From a virus: a stretch of 32,000 nt of DNA. The stretch is from positions 31,669 through 63,668 of the IMG/VR virus record IMGVR_UViG_3300013426_000021, one strand, 5' to 3'. Shown here piece after piece: positions 24,869 to 31,937 of the stretch. Numbering within the stretch: position 1 is the first letter of the stretch; every line of letters starts with the position of its first letter. The translations under genes and the position numbers were made by a program. The notes beneath the pieces are model-generated. The model was given only the letters and a program-made list of their open reading frames with translations. It had not been told where the DNA came from and did no database searches.

Positions 24869-25174
24869 TTAGTGAATCCGTATCGTCGCCTTTCCTTCGG
24901 AGCTCAGCTTATCGGTGAACTCGACGGGGATTACCTGCGCTTTGGAGCTTGAACCTGTCTTGGCAGATGTCGCGCTGTACGCGTTCCACCAGCGTTCCCG
25001 CTCGGACATGAGATAGTTCTCATGCGCGGCTTCCTTATTGCGGCGGAGGGCGCTGCTGATCGCCTCCTGCTCATGCCGGTGATAGAGATTCGAAATGCGC
25101 ATGCCGAGGAAGAAGGACGCTGTGACGAGGGCGAGGACGAAAAGGACGCTGAGAATACCGGCTGTAAGGGTCAT
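24869..25174 (-). CDS. N-terminally anchored membrane protein
   Basis: TM segment ILSVLFVLALVTASFFLGM. AAGGAG RBS. TAA stop. Confidence 0.6.
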   Translation of the reverse strand: MTLTAGILSVLFVLALVTASFFLGMRISNLYHRHEQEAISSALRRNKEAAHENYLMSERERWWNAYSATSAKTGSSSKAQVIPVEFTDKLSSEGKATIRIH

Positions 25175-25198
25175 GGTTTTACGCTCCTTTGCTTTGCT

Positions 25199-25465
25199 TT
25201 ACTTGGTTTCGTTTTTCTCTTCGGGTTCCTGCCATTTTTCTTTGTTGTGGTTCATCCAGACACTGAGAGCTACAAGGATGAGCGCGCCGACCCACATTAC
25301 CGGCACCGCCCACAGCGGTCCTGTTTCCAGTACTGATACGCCCGGCACACGGGTGGGCAACGTTGCGCCGCAGCCGGTGAACAAAACCGCGCAGCCGAGC
25401 AGCTTTATAGAATCGATAACATCCCTGACCTGTTTTCTTTTCGCTTTGTCGTTGTTATCCTGCAT
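25199..25465 (-). CDS. small membrane/lipoprotein-like protein
   Basis: Start at MQDNNDK (ATG 25465, AGGAGG RBS). Borderline lipobox LFTGC, then a second TM PLWAVPVMWVGALILVALSVW. Confidence 0.55.
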   Translation of the reverse strand: MQDNNDKAKRKQVRDVIDSIKLLGCAVLFTGCGATLPTRVPGVSVLETGPLWAVPVMWVGALILVALSVWMNHNKEKWQEPEEKNETK

Positions 25466-25522
25466 ATGGATACCTCCTGTTTTATTTGGCGCGTCCAGCG
25501 CCATAAGATCATGAGCGGAACG

Positions 25523-25551
25523 TTGCACACCTGTTCTACGTATGGTATAAT
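25523..25551 (+). promoter_or_regulatory. strong sigma-A promoter (TTGCAC-17-TATAAT with TG extension)
   Basis: TTGCAC 25523-25528, 17-nt spacer ending in TGG, TATAAT 25546-25551. Confidence 0.7.
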
Positions 25552-25613
25552 GCAAATAAGAGCGCTTGCGTTTCTTTTCCTTTCGCCATTTTGTTTTGGG
25601 AGGAGAAAAGAAA

Positions 25614-25895
25614 ATGATAAAGTTGCTCGATAAACATTCTGCGTCGGTTTCACTCATACTTGGATAGACCGGAGCGCTTGCGCCTTTCCCTGTAAACTTT
25701 GCGCTGAATTCAGCTGGGGTCGCCCTCGCGGCACGCGGGGCGATGATTCAGCGCAGCCTGATGGGTTACATCGGGGTAGGGTTGGCGTAGCTCGGGTTTA
25801 TCCCGGCAGAGTGGCTGGCGATTGGACTAATCGTTATTTCCTGGCTGGGATGGTTAGCCGCAATCGCGCCGACAAGGAAGGAATGGGGCGGGTAA
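25614..25895 (+). CDS. small multi-TM membrane protein readable only through in-frame TAG at 25665 and 25788
   Basis: GGGAGGAG RBS 8 nt before the ATG. Product: MIKLLDKHSASVSLILG-TAG-TGALAPFPVNFALNSAGVALAARGAMIQRSLMGYIGVGLA-TAG-LGFIPAEWLAIGLIVISWLGWLAAIAPTRKEWGG-TAA. The stop sits in the loop of a terminator. Confidence 0.6.
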
Positions 25896-25915
25896 CCGTC
25901 CCGTTTTTGTTTTGT
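25885..25915 (+). terminator. rho-independent terminator
   Basis: GGGGCGG-GTAA-CCGTCCC (7 bp with one G-U, GNRA loop) followed by GTTTTTGTTTTGTT. Confidence 0.7.
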
Positions 25916-25946
25916 TCCGCTCATGATTTTATGACGCCGGATTATA

Positions 25947-25955
25947 TGATATAAT
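25947..25955 (+). promoter_or_regulatory. extended -10 promoter (TGATATAAT)
   Basis: TG-a-TATAAT lies 19 nt upstream of ATG 25974. Same TATGATATA box family as at 1886, 2885 and 3250. Confidence 0.55.
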
Positions 25956-25973
25956 CAAGGGCGAGGTGGTTGT

Positions 25974-26276
25974 ATGGATACCCTTAAGCTTACGAAAAAA
26001 GAGCATCGCGATCTGGTTCGATTGAAGCGCGGCGAGAAGCTTACGCAAGAAGAAGGTTTCCCGCTTTATCAAAAAGGACTTGCAACTCGTAAATTTCTGA
26101 ATTTTCAGTGCGGCACCCCAACCGAGGTGCAGTACTATATCAGCGAGGAAGGGGTTCAATATTTTCGCGATAGATTTGAGAGGATGAGATCTTCCTGGGG
26201 GAGGGCGGCAATCGCAGTTGCCACAATCGCCGGCGGATTAGTTGCCGTAATTGAATTTTTATGCAAGTCCGAATGA
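25974..26276 (+). CDS. small protein with C-terminal TM anchor
   Basis: GAGGTGG RBS. 100 aa with a basic/helical N-terminus and AAIAVATIAGGLVAVIEFL near the C-terminus. TGA stop. Confidence 0.65.
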   Translation: MDTLKLTKKEHRDLVRLKRGEKLTQEEGFPLYQKGLATRKFLNFQCGTPTEVQYYISEEGVQYFRDRFERMRSSWGRAAIAVATIAGGLVAVIEFLCKSE

Positions 26277-26692
26277 GCGATCAGATGGATTGCGAGCGAT
26301 CCAAAGGAGACGATAAGCGCGACAATCAGAAGTGCCATAGCGCTGCGCCATGTGGTTTCGTCCTTGCTTGGGATGCAATAGATGCTGTTTTTTTTGAAGA
26401 GCGCGGGGACCACGTCGTTGCCGAGCCAGTCGCCGTATGCTGTGGCTTTGGGAGATGTGCTGAACGCTGTGAGCCGAAGCGCGTTGCTGAGCGAGACGCA
26501 CGGCCTGTCTTCCCGCCAGACAATACCAGCCGGCGCACAATGGTTTTTCACGGCGGCTTCCGGATTCTCATATCCGAGCGAGTGCGCGATATTCAGCCCG
26601 GAAAACCACCACACGCCGTTTGTTTTTATCGCCCAGAGGTTGCCGAAGATTGGGTCGTCGAAAAATTTCGTATCGTCGATATCAAGTTTCAT
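26156..26692 (-). CDS. Bro-N-like domain protein with C-terminal TM segment
   Basis: FGNLWAIKTNGVWWFSGLNIAHSLGYENP (Bro-N-like). TM AMALLIVALIVSFGSLAIHLIA. The last ~40 codons overlap the convergent 25974 gene, so the true 3' end is uncertain. Confidence 0.6.
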   Translation of the reverse strand: MKLDIDDTKFFDDPIFGNLWAIKTNGVWWFSGLNIAHSLGYENPEAAVKNHCAPAGIVWREDRPCVSLSNALRLTAFSTSPKATAYGDWLGNDVVPALFKKNSIYCIPSKDETTWRSAMALLIVALIVSFGSLAIHLIAHSDLHKNSITATNPPAIVATAIAALPQEDLILSNLSRKY

Positions 26693-26708
26693 TTCAAGGC
26701 TCCTTGCA

Positions 26709-26717
26709 TGTTATAAT
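26709..26717 (+). promoter_or_regulatory. candidate extended -10 promoter (TGTTATAAT) facing copy B
   Basis: TG-t-TATAAT lies 58 nt upstream of ATG 26775. The orientation is ambiguous because the reverse complement also reads as a weak -10 for the 26692 gene. Confidence 0.4.
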
Positions 26718-26807
26718 GTTCATGTCCACGGTTGATGGAAGAAAACGCCGAGCCGTAAGTTTTTAACCAAATTGATGATTTATCTCTTGCGTGGCGTAAC
26801 CTGCGTG

Positions 26808-26936
26808 TTACAAGCTGTAAGCAATTACAGCGGCTTGGTATTTTTGTTCCCGACCGCCGGAGCAACACCTCTCGGCGTCTTGTTACTGGCAGCAATCGCG
26901 ATAGCGCTTGTTGTCTTTGCAGAACTGCACGACCGC
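26808..26936 (+). repeat. copy B of the ~129-nt conserved element (inside candidate ORF 26775..27008)
   Basis: Aligns to 8835..8963. Hairpin GCTGTAA-GCAA-TTACAGC (26814-26831) has 4 compensatory pair changes relative to copy A. Plus-frame peptide LQAVSNYSGLVFLFPTAGATPLGVLLLAAIAIALVVFAELHDR. There is no SD before ATG 26775. Confidence 0.6.
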
Positions 26937-26979
26937 GGCGAACCTCTTCCATCAACGGTGAACATGAACTGTCCACGGC

Positions 26980-27738
26980 TTATGCGCCGGCCTCCAATCG
27001 TTCCATGAGATATTTCTGCCCTTTGCCGGTGACGAGCGTGGTTGTCCGGATGGTTTCCTCAAAGCCGGTGAAGACCTTGCTTTCCTTGACAGCGAACACG
27101 CCCTGATCGACATACCGCTGATACGGTTTATTATCCGGCATGAGGTATTTGTTATCGCGCAGCCACTTGAAGAGCCGGTTGCGGCCGATGGGAATGCCGC
27201 TGTTGGCGGCGACCTTGGCGAAATCGCCGAGCAGGATGGTGGCGTCGCTGGCGGAGATGGACTTGCCGAAATGAGTATAGGGGCGATCTTCCTCGATCTG
27301 CGCGCTGAGCGCGGCAATCCTTGCTTCGCGCTGCTTGAGCTTCTCGGTTGTGATAATGAGCGCCTTGGCGACGAGCTCATCGTCTGTCATGTTTTCTTCG
27401 CCGGCGATGTAGCCGCCCGTTTTGCGGATGGCGGGAAGTATTTCGTCGAACACCCAGCGTTCGAATTTTTCTGCATCCGGGAGTTTACTGTGGGTGATGA
27501 GGCGGTAAACGTCGCCTTCGGGAATGAAAATCATGTCGATTTGTTTATCCGCGGCCTGCGGGTGAGGTATACTGCGTTTTGCCGTATACCGGCAATGCGC
27601 GGCGATCGCGTCATTAGGACGGGCATATCCCAGCGCCTTCGCTACATCGCTGCCGCAGAACAAGAATTTCCCGGCTTCCTCGATAATCCTGACGTTTCCA
27701 AACTGTTCGTTGTTAAAAATTTGCGTCTGGTTTTCCAT
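26980..27738 (-). CDS. Bro-N + KilAC/ANT antirepressor-type protein
   Basis: QIFNNEQFGNVRIIEEAGKFLFCGSDVAKALGY, EKFERWVFDEILPAIRKTGGY and C-terminal LGDFAKVAANSGIPIGRNRLFKWLRD. GAGGAGG RBS. Confidence 0.8.
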   Translation of the reverse strand: MENQTQIFNNEQFGNVRIIEEAGKFLFCGSDVAKALGYARPNDAIAAHCRYTAKRSIPHPQAADKQIDMIFIPEGDVYRLITHSKLPDAEKFERWVFDEILPAIRKTGGYIAGEENMTDDELVAKALIITTEKLKQREARIAALSAQIEEDRPYTHFGKSISASDATILLGDFAKVAANSGIPIGRNRLFKWLRDNKYLMPDNKPYQRYVDQGVFAVKESKVFTGFEETIRTTTLVTGKGQKYLMERLEAGA

Positions 27739-27987
27739 TCAATTTCCTCCTCGGAATAAAGTTCAGGTTCTTTTACAATGATTACCGCCTACGCTTTGCT
27801 AGGGGTGTTCATTTGCGTACCCTCCTTTGCGGATTGCTGCAAATACCGTGGTTAAAACTACGGTACCCCCATCATCCAGCCGGGCAATATTACCGCCGTC
27901 TATGGGGTATGGTATACCCCGTTTTAAGGCACACCGCATGGGGAAGGGTCTTCCACTTTGGAAACCCCTTGCAATGAATGAGCCTCA

Positions 27988-29061
27988 TTACGCCGAGTGG
28001 TTCAGCTGCTTCCATTTCTTCGCCGGCATGGACAGCACATCATAGCCGATGCTTTCCAGCTCGGAAGCGCGGTCATAGCTGGGCACGTCCTGGCTGAAGC
28101 GGGTGACGGCGTTGCTCAGGCCGTACAAGCTGAGATCGCCGCCATGAATGAGGTAGCTGAGGACGCTCTCGCTTTCCTTTTTGCCAATGGCATATTCCTT
28201 GGCGGTGAGCTCGACGAAGGCGGGGATGCTTTCGGCGGTGATCTTCGCATCGCGGGCTTCCTGCATCATGGCGACCACCTTATCAAACTGCGTCTCATCC
28301 ACAATAGCGCGCACGGTATCACGCACCTTCAGCATGAACGCGCGGTCGTCCGCCGTAATGGTTTCATCCGCATAGAGCGCATAGTCTTCGCCCTGCTGGG
28401 CTTTGGCCCCAATATGACGGCGCTTCTGCGCCGCATCATTTACAACCATGCCGTTGGAACACACCAGCCGATAGACGAGCGGGGAGGCTTCGAAACTGCC
28501 GAGGCCGACCTCCGAATTGGTGATGCAGATACCGGACTGCACGACGTCGCCGGGGGTCACGTCCGCCTGAAGGCGCGGGTTGACGGCTTTGATATACAGC
28601 TTGCGGTCGGTGACCTCGCAGCTGGCGATTTGCACATCCTTGATTTCGCCGAGGATGGGGAGGACGATGTTGGCGATTTCGTAGTTATCGATGCGGCGAT
28701 AACGATCGGAGAGGAAGGCGCGGGCAGTGTTATCCAGCGTGCGCACCATGCGGCGGCGCTCCTTTGCGTCCTCGTCCCGGTGCCGCATCCAGTGGTTGAC
28801 ATTGGTGGCGAGCAGGCCGGGCGCGTCGCTGAGCATCCGGCGATAATAGGGGAGCGGAATGCCCGTCTGCTGGCCGATTTGCTGATGGGCGACTTCGTTG
28901 ACGTGAAAAGCGTAAGCGCTGTTATCGATGTTCAGGCGGACTTCATCGGTTACATCAAGCCCCATGGTGAGCTGCGCGGTATCGACAAGATAGTCGCGCT
29001 TAGCATTGTTCTGGCGTTCGATTTCCTGCGCGAGTTCCATCAGGGTGCGGCCGTACTTCAT
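27988..29061 (-). CDS. DUF932-like phage/plasmid protein
   Basis: 357 aa. The size and the context next to DUF2958 resemble DUF932-family proteins of ICEs, plasmids and phages. Assignment from memory, not motif-exact. Confidence 0.45.
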   Translation of the reverse strand: MKYGRTLMELAQEIERQNNAKRDYLVDTAQLTMGLDVTDEVRLNIDNSAYAFHVNEVAHQQIGQQTGIPLPYYRRMLSDAPGLLATNVNHWMRHRDEDAKERRRMVRTLDNTARAFLSDRYRRIDNYEIANIVLPILGEIKDVQIASCEVTDRKLYIKAVNPRLQADVTPGDVVQSGICITNSEVGLGSFEASPLVYRLVCSNGMVVNDAAQKRRHIGAKAQQGEDYALYADETITADDRAFMLKVRDTVRAIVDETQFDKVVAMMQEARDAKITAESIPAFVELTAKEYAIGKKESESVLSYLIHGGDLSLYGLSNAVTRFSQDVPSYDRASELESIGYDVLSMPAKKWKQLNHSA

Positions 29062-29076
29062 AATTATACGCTCCTA

Positions 29077-29280
29077 TTAGAATGAATATTCATATTCGAC
29101 GTGCAGGATATCCTGCGGTTCGATTTCCAGATCAAGGTCGTCGGTCAGCACAGCGTCCTGATGTTCGAGCACTTCCTCCTTTGCTTTATCGGTGATTTCG
29201 CTGCCGGTCAGGGAATTGTTTTCGTCTTCGACATACACCCGGTAGAACCGGCGGATTTCAACTGTGACTACGTGGGTCAT
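29077..29280 (-). CDS. small highly acidic protein
   Basis: 67 aa with 18 Asp/Glu versus 5 Lys/Arg (hand count). ATGA overlap with the upstream gene. Confidence 0.55.
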   Translation of the reverse strand: MTHVVTVEIRRFYRVYVEDENNSLTGSEITDKAKEEVLEHQDAVLTDDLDLEIEPQDILHVEYEYSF

Positions 29281-29558
29281 TCCGCGAGCGCCTCCTCTTT
29301 TCCGTTCTTCCGTTCCGCGTCATAGGAGAGAACCAGCATCGCGCCGGCGGCCTTATCCTCTTCGGGCACGGTGGGATCGCTCATGCGGCGGCGGATTTCG
29401 GCTTCGAGCGCCCCTTTGGCCGCGACCGCGGCGTTGACGATCAGCTGGCCCTCCTCGTTATCGGTGATTTCGCCGCGCTCGATCTTCTCGAACAGTTCGT
29501 GGTTCTGTTCCAGCTGCTTGATGAGTTCGTAGCACAGGTCGATGAAGTTTTCAGGCAT
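29277..29558 (-). CDS. hypothetical helical protein
   Basis: Start at MPENFIDL (ATG 29558, AAGGAGG RBS), preceded by promoter-like element Y. Confidence 0.55.
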   Translation of the reverse strand: MPENFIDLCYELIKQLEQNHELFEKIERGEITDNEEGQLIVNAAVAAKGALEAEIRRRMSDPTVPEEDKAAGAMLVLSYDAERKNGKEEALAE

Positions 29559-29576
29559 GGGATCGACCTCCTTGGA

Positions 29577-29649
29577 AAATTGTTTTCTCGTATAATAAAG
29601 GGAACATTTGAGCCCCTGTTTTTTCACCTGTGCAAAATTATTTTGCGGA
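29577..29649 (-). promoter_or_regulatory. promoter-like element Y (paralogue of 16524..16596)
   Basis: 18-mer ATAATAAAGGGAACATTT (29592-29609) and GTTTTTTCAC (29618-29627) are identical to X with the same spacing. The element ends 33 nt before ATG 29558. Confidence 0.5.
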
Positions 29650-30615
29650 AATTTGCTTATCGAGCTGGCCGGCGCGGTCGACATGCGGCTTGAGCTCGAC
29701 GATCTTGGCCTTGAGCGCGGATTCCTTTGCCTTCATCTGCTCCAGCTCGGCCTCGGCAGCGATGTATTCTTCCAGCATGCCCTGCAGCTGATAGCGTTCG
29801 CGCAGCTGTTTGCGGAAGCGGCGATCTGCGGCCGCGGCGGTGAGACTCATGTGCGTGATGGCCTTGGGCTGCGCGCCGAGCTTGGTGAGCACGTGCAGGT
29901 AGGACTTGCCGATTTTCTGGGCGATTTCTTCATTGGTATAGCCCTGCTTGCGCAGGATTTCCATGCGTTCCTTCTCGACCTCCGGAGAGGGGAAATTGGA
30001 ATGCTTCAAGTAAGCGTGCGGGTTCTGCTTGCCGGTGTGCGGCGGCTGATAGCGGGCGGGGTTATAGCCCATTTCTTTGGCGGCGTCCCGGATTTTCTGA
30101 ACGGTGGCCGCGGGGAGCCTGTTCGGGGTGGATTCGAGCGCGTTGTATACGGTGCTGACCGCATAGCCGGTGCGCTGGGCGATGTCTTTGGCGGAGACGT
30201 AGCCGGAAGGTTTGCTGCGCTTCTTTTTCCGGCCGGGGATATAGCCAAAGCGTTCTGCGGCGGCGCGGACATAAGCGATGAGCGCGGGGGAACCCTGCGA
30301 GCCGTAGTAATAACTACTTACATTTTGGCGCTTGAAGCCAAGCAACTCTCCCAACTCGGCGAAGGACGCCACAGGGGCGGCAGGTGCCTGGATCTTTTCC
30401 AAATCAGCAATATCCCAGCTTCTTTTCAGCTTTGCCTTGCGTGGATCATAATTCATCTTCCGGGCGACTTCGCGAATTTTATCTGCGTCTGTTCCATTGT
30501 TCCTGCCGGTAAGAACGCAATAGGCGTGGCTCTCGCTGCACCCGACGATTTTCGCGATATCTTCAAGGGTGGTAGGCTTGGAAGTTCCGTTCGCGTTCAC
30601 GTTGACTTTCTGCAT
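29638..30615 (-). CDS. DNA-binding protein with three LacI-type HTH repeats, a fourth HTH and a C-terminal coiled coil; no ligand-binding domain
   Basis: TLEDIAKIVGCSESHAYCVLTGR..KIREVARKMNYDP; SFAELGELLGFKRQNVSSYYYG...AAAERFGYIPG; SAKDIAQRTGYAVSTVYNALES..KIRDAAKEMGYNPA; then GYTNEEIAQKIGKSYLHVLTKLG and a heptad-rich tail. Confidence 0.7.
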   Translation of the reverse strand: MQKVNVNANGTSKPTTLEDIAKIVGCSESHAYCVLTGRNNGTDADKIREVARKMNYDPRKAKLKRSWDIADLEKIQAPAAPVASFAELGELLGFKRQNVSSYYYGSQGSPALIAYVRAAAERFGYIPGRKKKRSKPSGYVSAKDIAQRTGYAVSTVYNALESTPNRLPAATVQKIRDAAKEMGYNPARYQPPHTGKQNPHAYLKHSNFPSPEVEKERMEILRKQGYTNEEIAQKIGKSYLHVLTKLGAQPKAITHMSLTAAAADRRFRKQLRERYQLQGMLEEYIAAEAELEQMKAKESALKAKIVELKPHVDRAGQLDKQISAK

Positions 30616-30639
30616 AATTATAACCTCCGTTTGATTAAT

Positions 30640-30667
30640 AAAAACCGCCGCAGAGTATTTGCGACGG
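30640..30667 (-). terminator. candidate rho-independent terminator
   Basis: On the minus strand: CCGTCGC-aaatactct-GCGGCGG (6 of 7 pairs) followed by TTTTT. Confidence 0.5.
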
Positions 30668-30750
30668 TTACATTAACTGCGCTATTCTTGCTGAATGAAT
30701 GATAGTTTAATTTATTCTGCCCTCCTTGCTTCGTATGTCGGTGTACCGAC

Positions 30751-31101
30751 CTACGCCTCCCATTTCACCTTCTTCGGCTCCGGCATAAACATCACCGCGT
30801 AAACCTTCTCGATCATCTCGCCGCCGGCGAAGTATTTATCCCACACATCGTCGCGGTTCTCTCCCTCGCCGTGCAGCTTGAAGAGCGCGCCGGGGAAACG
30901 CTCGCTGAGCTCAGCCATATCGTCCTCATGGCCGTACCAGCGCCATTCTCCATTCGGCTCCGCGTTAAAGACCTGATCCTGCGGGTCGTAATAGAAGTCG
31001 CCCAGCGGCATATTCAGCTCCTCGATAGCCGCTTCTATCTTTTCAACATCCTGCGCCGCGACATGCAGCGCCTCCATAGAATACGAAGTCAGATAGCCCA
31101 T
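30751..31101 (-). CDS. acid-rich hypothetical protein; the only gene in the window ending in TAG
   Basis: GGAGGA RBS. 116 aa. Stop TAG at 30753-30751 is followed in frame by 12 sense codons (VGTPTYEARRAE) and TAA at 30714-30712. Confidence 0.6.
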   Translation of the reverse strand: MGYLTSYSMEALHVAAQDVEKIEAAIEELNMPLGDFYYDPQDQVFNAEPNGEWRWYGHEDDMAELSERFPGALFKLHGEGENRDDVWDKYFAGGEMIEKVYAVMFMPEPKKVKWEA

Positions 31102-31215
31102 TCTTTGTCCTCCAAGCCCCTGCAGACACAGGGTTTCTCATGCTCTAGTTCGCGGTGTATCCTAACCCCTATCCGGTGCGACATCTTCTCCGCGCTTGTG
31201 CCGCATTAAGGATTC

Positions 31216-31551
31216 TCAGCAAAAAACGGCATCCTCCCCGATCAGGTCTTTCACGACTGCGCCGGCGGGCAGATATAGATCCCGCTCAACGCCCAGACCG
31301 AACGGCGGGAACTTCACTTCTTCCAGCTCCTGCAGGCTGAACCAGCCCCACTCCCAGCCGTAGCCGATGTTGGCAAGGCCGTAGAAATCCCAGCCGCCGT
31401 CGTCGGTACGTTCCGCTTCCGTGACCAGCCATGTGCAGGTGCCGCCGCCGAAGAACTTGACCAGCACCTGTGCGCCTTTGCCTTCGCCGTCCTGCGAGCC
31501 AAACGGATATTTTTCCAGCCGGCGTTCGATTTCTTTTGTGATGAGCTTCAT
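31216..31551 (-). CDS. DUF2958-family protein
   Basis: MKLITKEIERRLEKYPFGSQDG...VLVKFFGGGTCTWLVTE...FYGLANIGYGWEWGWFSLQELEEVK...GVERDLY matches the DUF2958 pattern. GGAGGG RBS. TAATG overlap. Confidence 0.75.
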   Translation of the reverse strand: MKLITKEIERRLEKYPFGSQDGEGKGAQVLVKFFGGGTCTWLVTEAERTDDGGWDFYGLANIGYGWEWGWFSLQELEEVKFPPFGLGVERDLYLPAGAVVKDLIGEDAVFC

Positions 31552-31937
31552 TATTTTCCCTCCACGTTGAATTTGATTTCGGTCGGCTCTACGGTCAGCC
31601 CGTATTCGTTGCAGCACCATTCCACCAGCTGCGGGGCGAGCTGTTCCGCATTGGCACAAGCTTCTATCGCCCGCTTCTTGGATTGGCGCGGCACTTCCAG
31701 CAGCAAATGTTTAATGCCTGAGCCGAGGAAACAACTTACCACGTGCCCATACTCATATTCCGGCGTGGCGTGCAGGTAATAGCCGCGGGGTTCGTTCTTG
31801 TAGGTGAAACAGTTGGTTCCGCCCAAATTATAGATCACGGAGAGCCGGATACGGTTGGTCTTGGCATCCACCATGCGCGCATTGCGCGCCTTACTGATAT
31901 CCACGCCCGCAACGGGCACGCAGCACTCAATTCTCAT
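31551..31937 (-). CDS. hypothetical protein
   Basis: 128 aa. The ATG overlaps the upstream stop. No motif recognised. Confidence 0.5.
   Translation of the reverse strand: MRIECCVPVAGVDISKARNARMVDAKTNRIRLSVIYNLGGTNCFTYKNEPRGYYLHATPEYEYGHVVSCFLGSGIKHLLLEVPRQSKKRAIEACANAEQLAPQLVEWCCNEYGLTVEPTEIKFNVEGK

Noticed and set aside
25680-25915. Structured ncRNA or tRNA-like element (nested stems GCGCTGAAT.../...ATTCAGCGC; a CGATT-GGACT-AATCG hairpin containing CTA)
   Set aside because: No cloverleaf geometry (5-nt loop, no T-arm GTTCRANYC, no acceptor stem). The region is explained more simply as the body of the 25614..25895 ORF once TAG is read as sense.
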